Origin: a virus
IMG/VR virus record: IMGVR_UViG_3300032397_000005
Coordinates: 41,444-105,443 of that record
Strand: one strand, 5' to 3'
DNA: 64,000 nt
Numbering within the stretch: position 1 is the first letter of the stretch; every line of letters starts with the position of its first letter. Below, in pieces: positions 9,704 to 18,081 of the stretch. Both the position numbers and the translations under genes were made by a program. Under the pieces are notes generated by a model. The model made no database searches. It saw nothing but the letters and a program-made list of their open reading frames with translations, and had not been told where the DNA came from.

Positions 9704-10527
9704 GTAAATTTAGCATTTTGGAGGTTGTGGAACCGCACGCGTACCTTGTGGGGGAGGCGGGAAGCAGCCCGGAGACTTGGGCGGAGCGGGCACTTCTGCT
9801 CATCGAGGAGTGCGGGCGGGTCTCCCACAAGAGCGAGGGGCGGATCAAACCCGGGAGCGCGGTCCCGTTCGTGCGGAAGGTGGCCATCGAGTGGGGGCAC
9901 GAGTCGATTCTGGAGCACGCCAGCCTGACGGTCTGCTTCGTGGGCTCCCGGTCGATGAGTCACCAGCTGGTTAGACATCGAATCGCCGCCTACACTCAGG
10001 AGTCCCAGCGATTCTGCGACTACGCGACGCCGGCACTTGGTCTGGACGAACAACCGGAGTGCGAGCGGGTGAGTCGACTGAAGGTGGTCGTCCCCCCGTC
10101 CGTCTCCGCGGACCTCCCGGCGGGGAGCCTGGTGTACCAAGATAACGTGCGGATAACCGACGCTAATTGCGTCCTGGAACGCCTCAGCGTGAGGCGAAGT
10201 GAGGAGCTGCCTCCGGAGGGAGTAGACCTCAGATCCCCAGTCGGGGTCTTCCTCGCGTCCGTCATGAGCTCATACGCCACCTATCAGAAACTTCGGGAGC
10301 TCAACATACCGGCGGAGGACGCGCGGGAGGTCCTGCCAAACGCCACGAAGACGGAGGTGTACACCACCTTCAACCTCCGGGAGTGGCGCCACTTCTTCAA
10401 GATGAGACTGGACAAGCACGCTCAGTGGCAGATCAGGAAGGTTGCCCGGGAGGTCTTCAACTTCCTCCTGGCGGTCTGCCCTGTGGTGCTGGAGGGGTTG
10501 AGGACGCACTCCGGGGAGGTGATATGA
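9700..10527 (+). CDS. thyX: flavin-dependent thymidylate synthase
   Basis: GHESILEH, HQLVRHRIAAYTQESQRF (RHRx7S), EDAREVLPNAT, NLREWRHF..R...HAQWQIR. Confidence 0.95.
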   Translation: MSKFSILEVVEPHAYLVGEAGSSPETWAERALLLIEECGRVSHKSEGRIKPGSAVPFVRKVAIEWGHESILEHASLTVCFVGSRSMSHQLVRHRIAAYTQESQRFCDYATPALGLDEQPECERVSRLKVVVPPSVSADLPAGSLVYQDNVRITDANCVLERLSVRRSEELPPEGVDLRSPVGVFLASVMSSYATYQKLRELNIPAEDAREVLPNATKTEVYTTFNLREWRHFFKMRLDKHAQWQIRKVAREVFNFLLAVCPVVLEGLRTHSGEVI

Positions 10528-10748
10528 GGTTTGTCAAGTTCACCGCGGATAACGGCGACCCAATCTATATCAACCCGGAGTCCGTGCAGCGGGTGAGTAG
10601 GCGGGACGTTCAAGGCGGGGGGAGCCTGGTGGTGATGACCTACGGATCCGCGTCCGCGCGTGTCACCGAGGAGCCGGAGGAGGCGGCGCGGCTCCTGGAG
10701 GAGTGCCCGCCCTGGCGGCACGTCGAGCCGACCAAGTTGCACCTATGA
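10524..10748 (+). CDS. small protein, FlbD-like pattern
   Basis: MRFVKFTADNGDPIYINPESVQRV...VTEEPEE resembles FlbD-family proteins; RBS GGAGGT. Confidence 0.55.
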   Translation: MRFVKFTADNGDPIYINPESVQRVSRRDVQGGGSLVVMTYGSASARVTEEPEEAARLLEECPPWRHVEPTKLHL

Positions 10749-10785
10749 GGGTGCGGACTTCCGCTGGATGACGGGATGAGGTACG

Positions 10786-11010
10786 GTGAAGGCGGGTGCT
10801 ACTGAGGCAAGTGAGGAGCTGAGAACAGTGGATCATCGAAGAAGTGGCACCCACCTCGCTCCGAACGGAGGCGGCGTTTCCCTGGACGGGCGCTTCCTGA
10901 GCATCTGGTCCGACAAGACGGGCCCGGGCGCAATGTACTTCCGCGTGGGCGGTCGGTGGGTCCTCCTGCCGGACTGGGTGGCCAACCTGGTCCGGGAGCT
11001 GCGCTCGTGA
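10786..11010 (+). CDS. hypothetical protein
   Basis: ORF with GAGGT upstream; start uncertain. Confidence 0.4.
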   Translation: MKAGATEASEELRTVDHRRSGTHLAPNGGGVSLDGRFLSIWSDKTGPGAMYFRVGGRWVLLPDWVANLVRELRS

Positions 11011-11137
11011 CGTCACGTACGTCCCTAGACGTCCCAGCGCCACCAGGGGGGCTCCGGGGCGCCAACCGGTGTCTAGGGTCGGGGGCGGCAACGGAGGGGC
11101 CTCGAGGGCCGGCCAACGCGTCCACGCGTGATGTGAG

Positions 11138-11410
11138 GTGAGGATGCCTTCCTACGTGATCTGCGTCGAGGCGGTGATCTCCCTGTCAACGGAGGTGGAG
11201 GCAACTTCCCTCGAAGACGCCGTCTCCGCGGCGCAGCGGCGTGGAGTCCGGGATCTGTGCCATCAGTGCGCCGGCGGAGACCCCGCCTCTGAGTGGGTGA
11301 CCAGCGGTGAGCTCGACTGCGATCCCGCGATCTCCACCCTCTCGAGCGTCACCGTCGACGGGGAGGACGTTGACCTGGGAGCGGTCCGCGCGTGCTGGGA
11401 AGGTGGGTGA
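11138..11410 (+). CDS. hypothetical protein
   Basis: 90 aa, contains CxxC. Confidence 0.6.
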   Translation: MRMPSYVICVEAVISLSTEVEATSLEDAVSAAQRRGVRDLCHQCAGGDPASEWVTSGELDCDPAISTLSSVTVDGEDVDLGAVRACWEGG

Positions 11411-11413
11411 CGG

Positions 11414-12274
11414 GTGACGTTCCTCATCGACGGCTCCGGCTTCGCCAAGGCGGCCTTCGTGCCCGGTCAGCAGAGTGCCCTCGCCCACCGCTTCCTCTCC
11501 CGGGTCTTCCAGCTGAACCTGCGCGGGCGCGGCCGGCCAATCGTCGTGGCCTGGGACGCGCCGGACCACGTCTCCGGGCGCCGGGCCCGCTTCCCGGCCT
11601 ACAAGGCAAACCGCGGTCTCCGCCCAGATCCGTTCGGGGGCGAGTACGCGGAGCAGGTTGCGGAGCTCCGGTCCCTCCTCCCGTCCCTGGGCGTCCACCA
11701 GGCGCTCAGTCCAGGTTGGGAGGCGGACGACGTCCTGGCCACCCTGGCTCGATCCGCGCCGGGGGAGGTGCTCGTCCTGACGCGGGACCGGGACATGATC
11801 CAGCTCGTTGATGAGCGGGTCTCCGTCCTGCTCAAGGTGGGCTCGAGGGAGCACCTCCTCGGGGAGCGGGGCGCGGAGAAGTTCCTCGGCTTCTCACCGC
11901 ACGTCCACCGAGATTGGAAGGCGCTGGCGGGCGACTCCGGCGACGGCGTGCCCGGGATGCCGGGGATCGGGGAGAAGACGGCCACGGCGCTCCTCGAGTT
12001 CCGCCCCACGCTCGTTCCGGACCTCCTCGGGGGCTCCGTCTACTACGGGCCGAACGGGCTCCAGGAACTCGAGCCGCGGGTCCGGACCGCCTTCCTGGGA
12101 CTGCTCAAGCCGGAGGCGCGGGACCGACTCGAGCTGATGCGCTGGCTGGTCTCGCTTCACGAGGTCCCAATCCAAGTCCTGCGCGGGCGCCTGGACCTGG
12201 TGGAGGCGCGGACCTTCTTCTCCGCCTCGGGACTCCGGCTCCTTGGGTCTCGACTCCCGGAGTGGTCAAAATGA
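11414..12274 (+). CDS. 5'-3' exonuclease / flap endonuclease (PolI N-terminal family)
   Basis: LIDGS, VAWD, YKANR, EADDVLATLA, TRDRDMIQLV, ALAGDSGDGVPGMPGIGEKTA (HhH). Confidence 0.93.
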   Translation: MTFLIDGSGFAKAAFVPGQQSALAHRFLSRVFQLNLRGRGRPIVVAWDAPDHVSGRRARFPAYKANRGLRPDPFGGEYAEQVAELRSLLPSLGVHQALSPGWEADDVLATLARSAPGEVLVLTRDRDMIQLVDERVSVLLKVGSREHLLGERGAEKFLGFSPHVHRDWKALAGDSGDGVPGMPGIGEKTATALLEFRPTLVPDLLGGSVYYGPNGLQELEPRVRTAFLGLLKPEARDRLELMRWLVSLHEVPIQVLRGRLDLVEARTFFSASGLRLLGSRLPEWSK

Positions 12275-12597
12275 GCAACGTCTGGTTCGTCTACCTGGTC
12301 CGCGCGGCGGACGGTTCCCTCCACTGCGGGATCTCCACGGACGTCGAGCGGCGGGTCCGGGAGCACAACGAGGGCTGGCGCGGCGCCAAGTGCCTCCGGG
12401 GGAAGCGGCCGGTTTCCCTGGCCTGGCGGAGCGCGGGGATGACCAAGTCGGCCGCCCTCCGACTCGAGGCGCGCCTCGAGCCACTTCACCCGCACTGGAG
12501 CGAGCGCCTGGCCGCGGAGTGGGCGGAGGTCAACGACCGATGGGGAGGAGTGGAGGAGTGGAGGAGTGGAGGAGTGGAGGAGGTTCGCCGCCGTTGA
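12271..12597 (+). CDS. GIY-YIG nuclease-family protein (UPF0213-like)
   Basis: WFVYLVRAADGSLHCGISTDVERRVREHN..GAK.LRGKRPV...KSAALRLEARL; ATGA overlap with the exonuclease gene. Confidence 0.85.
   Translation: MSNVWFVYLVRAADGSLHCGISTDVERRVREHNEGWRGAKCLRGKRPVSLAWRSAGMTKSAALRLEARLEPLHPHWSERLAAEWAEVNDRWGGVEEWRSGGVEEVRRR
12544..12582 (+). repeat. (GGAGGAGT)n tandem repeat, ~4.9 copies
   Basis: Read directly; lies in the 3' end of the GIY-YIG gene. Confidence 0.9.
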
Positions 12598-12942
12598 TAC
12601 CTTGGTGAGTGAGCTGCCCGTCTTGGCCGTCCTGGCGAAGAGGGGTCCAACGTGACGGCTAATGACCTGGTACTCTTCAGGAAGGTTCGTGATCCTCATT
12701 GGGGCACCACTGGTTCGAGCTGGCGCTATCCAAGCCGTCCTGGCGAATGATCCGTACTGTGGCTCCTTTACTCAGGAATTTCACATTGAGATGCAGCGAG
12801 TCGGTCCCCCGCTCGAGGTTCGTACACTTCCCCTGGGTAGTGTACATGAAAAGGCGAGGGGATCCCGAGGGCGGGCGGGGCGGCGGGCGCGGGAGGGGTC
12901 CCTCCCGCGTAAGCGGGCGCCCTCCTGGGAGGGGCTGAATGT

Positions 12943-12960
12943 CTGCCTACATGTAGGCAG
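12943..12960. promoter_or_regulatory. perfect 18-bp palindrome CTGCCTACATGTAGGCAG (putative protein-binding site)
   Basis: Self-complementary; related copies at 20469-20486 and 21804-21821. Confidence 0.55.
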
Positions 12961-13030
12961 GAGGGGGGTGGGGGGCGGTCCGGGGTCGGGGGGCGGGTCG
13001 CTCCGGGCGGGGCTGACTCGCGCCCCGGGC

Positions 13031-13147
13031 GGGACCCAAGTTGGGACCAACTTGTTATCGTTCAGAAACGGGACCCAAGTTGGGACCAACTTGTTATCGT
13101 TCAGAAACGGGACCCAAGTTGGGACCAACTTGTTATCGTTCAGAAAC
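13031..13147. repeat. 3 x 39-bp exact tandem repeat, each with an 8-bp inverted repeat
   Basis: Unit GGGACCCAAGTTGGGACCAACTTGTTATCGTTCAGAAAC at 13031, 13070 and 13109; contains CAAGTTGG-GA-CCAACTTG. Confidence 0.95.
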
Positions 13148-13183
13148 GGGGTTCAGAAATGGAGTCCCGGTTTAGGTCCAACG

Positions 13184-13402
13184 CTAGGCCAGTCTCTTGA
13201 CGCGGGCGACGTGACCGGACGCGTTCCGGACGCTCCGGGAGTACGCCCTTGGGGACCACCCCTCGGCGTCCACCTCCCGGACGACCCACATCGAGCCGAC
13301 GCGGGTCCCGGGCAGCCTCCCGTCTCGGATTGCGTACAGGACGCAGACGCGGGTGACGCCCCGCAGCGCGGCAACCTCGGACACCGACAGGAGCTTGTCC
13401 AA
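13184..13402 (-). CDS. excisionase-like HTH DNA-binding protein (HTH_17/MerR-type)
   Basis: LLSVSEVAALRGVTRVCVLYAIRDGRLPGTRVGSMWVV pattern. Confidence 0.85.
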   Translation of the reverse strand: MDKLLSVSEVAALRGVTRVCVLYAIRDGRLPGTRVGSMWVVREVDAEGWSPRAYSRSVRNASGHVARVKRLA

Positions 13403-13429
13403 CTCGAACCTCGCTCTCTCTCTCCCTAT

Positions 13430-13458
13430 ATCTTAGCGAACGAAAGGTCTCCCGTCCA
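13430..13458 (-). promoter_or_regulatory. putative promoter of the HTH gene
   Basis: Minus strand TGGACG-N17-TAAGAT, close to the hexamers of the array promoters. Confidence 0.55.
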
Positions 13459-13547
13459 TCACTTTTCACTCCCAATCGGTAACGAACTGGCAACGCTCCC
13501 GGGCTTCGAGTCGGCGGAGGTCCGCCTCGGGTCTGAGGTGGTCGACG

Positions 13548-14312
13548 TTGGCGCGGACGGATCGGTCCGCGTTCGCCCGGAGTGAGGCGTCCGTGGACTG
13601 GATCCTGCGGACGATGGAGGACCTGGTGGTCACGCTCCCCTCCGGTGAGAGGGTGGAGGCGGCCTTCCGGAGGCCGTCGACGTCCGGACCCACCTCGCTG
13701 GCCGCCTCCGTCCGGTCCTGGCGCGGGGCCACGGTCTCCCTGGGGGACGGTTTCATGACGCTCACCCTGGGTCGCGCGATCCTCCGCGTGAGGACGCGTC
13801 CGGTCTCGATCCAACGTCCCCAAGTGCCGGCGTACTTCCGGACGGGTTCCATCCACGTTGTCCTCGGGGATCCCGGGTGGATCCTCCTGCGCGTTGAGGG
13901 GCGTACGGTGGCGATCCTGCGGGCGGATCTGGCGCCGTGGGCGCCGGTTGTGCGCTTGGTGGTCCCGGATCCCGGGGTTGAGGCGCTGCTGAATGCGTCC
14001 GCCGGTCCGGCGCGTTTCCTCCCGGCGATTAGAACTGGTACCGGGGTGCTACTGTCCGGCGTTCGCTGGGTGAACGCGGGCGGGGCGGTGGTCCCGGTGG
14101 ACTTCCTGCGGGCGCTCCCGGTTGGGACGGTCGTCTCGGTGGCTGAAAACGTCCTGCGGGCACCCGGGTTTGGGGCGGTAACCGGAACGACGGACTTCCT
14201 GGCGTGCGTGGAGGAGGAGACCGGGGTGCTCCCGCCCTCCCGGACGTCCTACTGGACTGATCTTCTCCTCTTCTTATTTCCCTGGACATATTCTTTCTAC
14301 GTGGTAAGATGA
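13548..14312 (+). CDS. hypothetical protein (start uncertain, possibly degenerate)
   Basis: Long ORF whose last codons run through promoter repeat 1. Confidence 0.45.
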   Translation: MARTDRSAFARSEASVDWILRTMEDLVVTLPSGERVEAAFRRPSTSGPTSLAASVRSWRGATVSLGDGFMTLTLGRAILRVRTRPVSIQRPQVPAYFRTGSIHVVLGDPGWILLRVEGRTVAILRADLAPWAPVVRLVVPDPGVEALLNASAGPARFLPAIRTGTGVLLSGVRWVNAGGAVVPVDFLRALPVGTVVSVAENVLRAPGFGAVTGTTDFLACVEEETGVLPPSRTSYWTDLLLFLFPWTYSFYVVR

Positions 14313-14319
14313 AAGTATG
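14274..14319 (+). promoter_or_regulatory. cassette promoter repeat 1
   Basis: TGGACA(14283)-N16-TAAGAT(14305) with TG extension; ATG 6 nt downstream (14317). Confidence 0.85.
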
Positions 14320-14961
14320 ACAAACAACGCGGTGATTGAGACCACCTTCCAGCTCCTGAGCGTTCGCGACGTCCGCCCGGTGGACTGGTTCTCCGGTGAG
14401 CGGGTTGCAATCCCGGATGGTGAACTCCCGGAGTGCGCGCGCTGTGGGCGGCGCCACGCCGTGGTCTGGACCCTCCGGGAGCTCCCATCCGGCGGGACGG
14501 TGACGGTTGGCTCCGGTTGCGGGCCCAAGCTCCTGGCGGAGGGGCTCCTCCCGGGTGTGGACCTCCACGCGGTTGCGGCGGCCAAGAAGGTCGCGGCGGC
14601 GGAGGTCAGGGCGATCCGGCGCGTGGGCGCGGAGGTGCGGGCGCGGGAGCTGGCGGAGCTGGCCCGGGCGGCGGATCTGGCGGCGGGTGACCCACCGGCG
14701 CCGGTCTGGACCGCGGACGTGTACGGGCGGGCGGAGTTCGTGACCGTGACCGTCGGCGCCGTGGTCCGCTGCGCCGTCGCCCGCCAGCTGGACCGCGTGG
14801 CGCTCGAGCGGATGGCCGCCTCCCAGTGGCGGGACGAGGTCCGGATGGCCGCGGTCGTCGCCGCCGGCTGCCCGCGCGGCGCGCAGCACGCGGTGGTCCG
14901 CCTGGCGAACGCGGAGACCGAGGGGACCCTCCGGGACGCCGCGGCCGCCCTCCTCGGGTAG
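14317..14961 (+). CDS. hypothetical zinc-binding protein (leaderless)
   Basis: CARCGRRH...VGSGC. Confidence 0.75.
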   Translation: MTNNAVIETTFQLLSVRDVRPVDWFSGERVAIPDGELPECARCGRRHAVVWTLRELPSGGTVTVGSGCGPKLLAEGLLPGVDLHAVAAAKKVAAAEVRAIRRVGAEVRARELAELARAADLAAGDPPAPVWTADVYGRAEFVTVTVGAVVRCAVARQLDRVALERMAASQWRDEVRMAAVVAAGCPRGAQHAVVRLANAETEGTLRDAAAALLG

Positions 14962-15056
14962 TGAGAAAAAAAACGCACGCGGCTCGTCTTTTCCCTGTAC
15001 ATATTCTTTCTGCATGGTAAGATGAGAGTATGAGCAAGACGACGGAGAGCAAGATG
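14962..15056 (+). promoter_or_regulatory. cassette promoter-leader repeat 2
   Basis: A-tract..T-tract, TGTACA(14996)-N16-TAAGAT(15018), ATG 15030, leader MSKTTESK-M. Confidence 0.88.
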
Positions 15057-15233
15057 GCAAAGCGGAACGGACGCGAGGTGATGGAGCGGCTGGACGCGGA
15101 GCGGACGGACCGGATGCTCCGGGAGCTGGCCTCGGACCTGGCGGACCTCGTCGCCTCCGGTGACCTGACGGAGGCGGAGGCGAACGAGTGGATGACCCGG
15201 AAGCAGGACCAGTGGAACGGGGGTGACCGGTGA
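15030..15233 (+). CDS. hypothetical protein with MSKTTESK leader
   Basis: First gene of cassette 2. Confidence 0.75.
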   Translation: MSKTTESKMAKRNGREVMERLDAERTDRMLRELASDLADLVASGDLTEAEANEWMTRKQDQWNGGDR

Positions 15234-15469
15234 CCGCTAAGAAGGACCCGCGCGCCGCAATCCGCGCCGCGCTCGAGGTGGCGATGGCGATCGCGGATGC
15301 CATCCGGGAGCTGGGGACGGTCCCGTCGGGCGTGCTCTACGCCCAGGTGGCGTCGGTCCTGACGCTGGAGGACTTCCTCTGCGTCGTCCGGAACCTGAAG
15401 GAGGCGGGCGTCGTCGCGGAGGCGAACCACGTCCTCCGCTGGACCGGACCCGCGTGGGGTGGCAAGTGA
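15230..15469 (+). CDS. small winged-helix-like hypothetical protein
   Basis: IADAIRELGTVPSGVLYA...LKEAGVV...HVLRW; GTGA coupling. Confidence 0.7.
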   Translation: MTAKKDPRAAIRAALEVAMAIADAIRELGTVPSGVLYAQVASVLTLEDFLCVVRNLKEAGVVAEANHVLRWTGPAWGGK

Positions 15470-15855
15470 CCGCCCGGGTCTCCTGCGCGTCGGACGTCGC
15501 CGCGGTCTCCCGCCCGGTCTTCCGTCGCTGGCGGTGGGAGCAGGAGGCGTTCGTGGTCCTCCTCCTCAACGCGAAGCACGACGTCATCGGGCGCCCGGAG
15601 GTCTCGGCGGTCGGGACGGTCACCTCCGTCACGGTCCACCCGCGGGACGTCTTCCGGGCGGCGGTCCGCCGGAACGCGGCCGCGGTCATCGTCGCGCACT
15701 GCCACCCGAGCGGGGACGTGGCGCCCTCCGCGGACGACCTCCTCCTGACCCGGCGCCTCCGGGAGGCCGGGGAGCTTCTCGGGATCCCGCTCCTGGACCA
15801 CGTCATCGTCGGCCGGGACGCCCTCCGGTCCCTGGCGGAGACCGGGCAGCTGTGA
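15466..15855 (+). CDS. radC: RadC-like JAB/MPN domain protein
   Basis: EQEAFVVLLLNAKH, VHPRDVF, IVAHCHPSGDVAPSADD, LLGIPLLDHVIVG. Confidence 0.92.
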   Translation: MTARVSCASDVAAVSRPVFRRWRWEQEAFVVLLLNAKHDVIGRPEVSAVGTVTSVTVHPRDVFRAAVRRNAAAVIVAHCHPSGDVAPSADDLLLTRRLREAGELLGIPLLDHVIVGRDALRSLAETGQL

Positions 15856-15943
15856 AAAAACGCACGCGCCCTCATTTTTCCCTGGACAGATTCTTTCTGC
15901 ATGGTAAGATGAGAGTATGAGCAAGACGACGGAGAGCAAGATG
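15853..15943 (+). promoter_or_regulatory. cassette promoter-leader repeat 3
   Basis: TGGACA(15883)-N16-TAAGAT(15905), ATG 15917, leader MSKTTESK-M. Confidence 0.9.
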
Positions 15944-16096
15944 ACGAAGACGACGAAGACGGTCCACGTCCTGTCCCTCGGCGGGGAGCCCATCCACTTC
16001 GAGACGGCGGCCGCGGCGCGCCGGTTCCTGGACGCCCTCCCGGCCGGGCGACGCTGCGAGTGCGCCTACCTCGGGACGGTCGAGGTGCCCCGATGA
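15917..16096 (+). CDS. 59-aa hypothetical protein with MSKTTESK leader (not in ORF track)
   Basis: Translated by hand: MSKTTESKMTKTTKTVHVLSLGGEPIHFETAAAARRFLDALPAGRRCECAYLGTVEVPR*. Confidence 0.75.
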   Translation: MSKTTESKMTKTTKTVHVLSLGGEPIHFETAAAARRFLDALPAGRRCECAYLGTVEVPR

Positions 16097-16311
16097 CGCG
16101 CCCGGGCCGCTTCGAGGACACGACGATCTACATCTACTTCCGGCAGTTCCGCGTCCGCTGCGCGGTCACCGGCCGCGTGGAGCACGGGTGCGCGGCGGCC
16201 GGGCCGGCCAAGAAGATGCTTCGGGAGCTGGGCTGGGACTACCTCCCGCGCCAGGGCTGGGTGAGCCCGGAGGGTCTCGAGACGCTGAGGAAGGAGAGCA
16301 CCAATGGCTAG
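16093..16311 (+). CDS. hypothetical protein
   Basis: ATGA coupling with the previous gene. Confidence 0.65.
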   Translation: MTRPGRFEDTTIYIYFRQFRVRCAVTGRVEHGCAAAGPAKKMLRELGWDYLPRQGWVSPEGLETLRKESTNG

Positions 16312-16564
16312 GTTCAACGAGGGCGCGATGGCGGAGCTGCTGGCGGAGGTCCTCGGGACGCCGGAGGCGGCGGAGCTGGTGGAGGAGATCCTCGGCGCGC
16401 AGGCGGCGGTCTCCTCCACCTCCTTCCGGGAGGCGGGCGTCCTGACCAACAACGCGGGCCTGGTCGTTCGCGTCGGCCGCCGGGAGTTCCAGCTCACGGT
16501 GGTCGAGAGCACGCCCTCCTACCTCCGGGAGGACGACGGGGAGGATGACGATGACGATGAGTAG
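16304..16564 (+). CDS. hypothetical acidic protein
   Basis: RBS AGGAG; TSFREAGVLTNNAGLVVR; acidic tail EDDGEDDDDE. Confidence 0.75.
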   Translation: MARFNEGAMAELLAEVLGTPEAAELVEEILGAQAAVSSTSFREAGVLTNNAGLVVRVGRREFQLTVVESTPSYLREDDGEDDDDDE

Positions 16565-16829
16565 GCGCAGGCGGTTCCGCCCGGAGGGTCTCCTCCGCGT
16601 CCGCGTCCTCCAGGGCGCGCGCGGCTTCATCCAGAAGTTCCTCGAGCACGAGCTTTGGTACGGGGGAGCGGAGGAGCAGGGCTTCGCGGACGGCTCGACG
16701 GTCTGGCAGGTCTACTTCTGGACGCGGCTCGAGGCGGCGGACGTTCAGGAGCGGATCTGGGCGCAGAACGGCGGCGGCTGGTGTGAGGTCGTCGAGGTGG
16801 ACCCGGAGACCGGGGAGGTGGCGCGGTGA
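16557..16829 (+). CDS. hypothetical protein, paralog of 19191-19457
   Basis: Shared GFADGSTVWQVY...QERIWAQNGGGWCEV. Confidence 0.8.
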   Translation: MSRRRRFRPEGLLRVRVLQGARGFIQKFLEHELWYGGAEEQGFADGSTVWQVYFWTRLEAADVQERIWAQNGGGWCEVVEVDPETGEVAR

Positions 16830-17068
16830 GAGGTCGCGACCGGATCCCCTTCGAGCGGAGCGCTGACCTCCGTCTCCTCCTCCCCGGGGGCTGGGAGGCG
16901 TTCGCGCTCCCGCGGACCGAGTTGGCGGCGCTCGAGGAGACCTTCGGAGCCGGGGCGGGTCCGTGGATAGGTCAACAGGCGGAGGCATTCGGAGGCGGTG
17001 AAAAAAACGCACTGAGTTCATCTTTTCCTATGGACAGATTCTTTCTGTATGGTAAGATGAGAGTATGA
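16826..17068 (+). CDS. hypothetical protein (reads through repeat 4; 3' end may be frameshifted)
   Basis: GTGA coupling; C-terminus encoded by the promoter repeat. Confidence 0.45.
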   Translation: MRGRDRIPFERSADLRLLLPGGWEAFALPRTELAALEETFGAGAGPWIGQQAEAFGGGEKNALSSSFPMDRFFLYGKMRV

Positions 17069-17091
17069 ACAAGACGACGGAGAGCAAGATG
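16999..17091 (+). promoter_or_regulatory. cassette promoter-leader repeat 4
   Basis: TGGACA(17031)-N16-TAAGAT(17053), ATG 17065, leader MNKTTESK-M. Confidence 0.9.
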
Positions 17092-17271
17092 AACCGGATC
17101 GAGATCGTCTCCTCCCGCAGCGCCAACACCGTCTCCATCGTTGACGGCCTGACGGTCGTCAACATCATCCGGTTCCCCTCCGGGAATTTCTTCAAGACGT
17201 CCACCAAGTGCGCGTCCGTCGAGCGGGCGCGCGCGCTGGCCGCCTCCCTGGCGGCGGAGGAGGTGCTCTAG
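17065..17271 (+). CDS. hypothetical protein with MNKTTESK leader
   Basis: First gene of cassette 4. Confidence 0.75.
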   Translation: MNKTTESKMNRIEIVSSRSANTVSIVDGLTVVNIIRFPSGNFFKTSTKCASVERARALAASLAAEEVL

Positions 17272-17504
17272 TGGGGACCGCGCGCGTGAACTTCACCCTC
17301 CCCTCCTACCCGGGCGGGGAGGCGCGGCTGGACGAGATCGCGCACCGGCTGGTGGAGGACCTCCCGGCGCACATGCGGCGCGGCGCGGTCCTGGTGGTGG
17401 CTCAGGACTGGGACGGGCGGACGATCTGCTGGACCTCCCTCCGCTGCGGGGAGAGCCGGCCCAACCACCTGGCGTGGGCGCCCGCGTCCATGCCCTGGGA
17501 GTAG
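17271..17504 (+). CDS. hypothetical protein
   Basis: GTG overlapping the preceding TAG; RBS GGAGGT. Confidence 0.65.
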   Translation: MGTARVNFTLPSYPGGEARLDEIAHRLVEDLPAHMRRGAVLVVAQDWDGRTICWTSLRCGESRPNHLAWAPASMPWE

Positions 17505-17513
17505 GAGAGGACG

Positions 17514-17825
17514 ATGAAGGTCTCCCTGGAGTGCACGAGCCTGGCCGCCCTGGCGGCCGCCCTGACGGACCGGATGCTGAAGCACGCGGACTACGCGGCG
17601 GAGATGTGCGCGGACGGCGACGAGCCCGGGGACGCGGCGCGCTGGATCGCCTTCGCGCGGCTCCTCCGCCGCGGCGGGTCGGTGGAGGTCAACGCCTCCC
17701 TCGAGGCGGCGCTCGACTGCCTCATCGTCGAGCAGGAGACCCTCCCGCCCTGTCCCCGCTGCGGCGGGCAGCGGGACCGGGACCCGGGCGGGGAGGTCTA
17801 CTGCACCGAGTGTCACCCGGGGTAG
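17514..17825 (+). CDS. hypothetical protein with C-terminal zinc finger
   Basis: RBS AGGAGAGG; CPRC...CTEC. Confidence 0.75.
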   Translation: MKVSLECTSLAALAAALTDRMLKHADYAAEMCADGDEPGDAARWIAFARLLRRGGSVEVNASLEAALDCLIVEQETLPPCPRCGGQRDRDPGGEVYCTECHPG

Positions 17826-17913
17826 AAAAGCGCACGCGGCTCATCTTTTCTCTGGACATATTCTTTCTGCATGGTAAGATGAGAGTATGAGCAAGACGAC
17901 GGAGAGCAAGATG
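17823..17913 (+). promoter_or_regulatory. cassette promoter-leader repeat 5
   Basis: GAAAAG..CTTTTC, TGGACA(17853)-N16-TAAGAT(17875), ATG 17887, leader MSKTTESK-M. Confidence 0.9.
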
Positions 17914-18081
17914 AAGACCGCCACCGAGTACGGGATCCGCTGGTTCGAGTTCGACCGGAGCGACCGCCGGGTCCAGCGGGAGAAGTTCTTCAAGACGGAG
18001 AAGGCGCGCGCAGCCTTCGCGGCGCGGCTGGAGACCAAGGACAACTTCGCGGGTGACTTCACCTGGAGCGAGGAGGCGTAG
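17887..18081 (+). CDS. hypothetical protein with MSKTTESK leader
   Basis: First gene of cassette 5. Confidence 0.75.
   Translation: MSKTTESKMKTATEYGIRWFEFDRSDRRVQREKFFKTEKARAAFAARLETKDNFAGDFTWSEEA

Noticed and set aside
13031-13147. CRISPR array
   Set aside because: Units are contiguous with no spacers, and no cas genes were seen.
12662-13585. 307-aa plus-strand ORF
   Set aside because: Runs through G-tracts and the 39-bp repeats and is antisense to the clear HTH gene. It is not protein-like, except perhaps the last ~45 codons.
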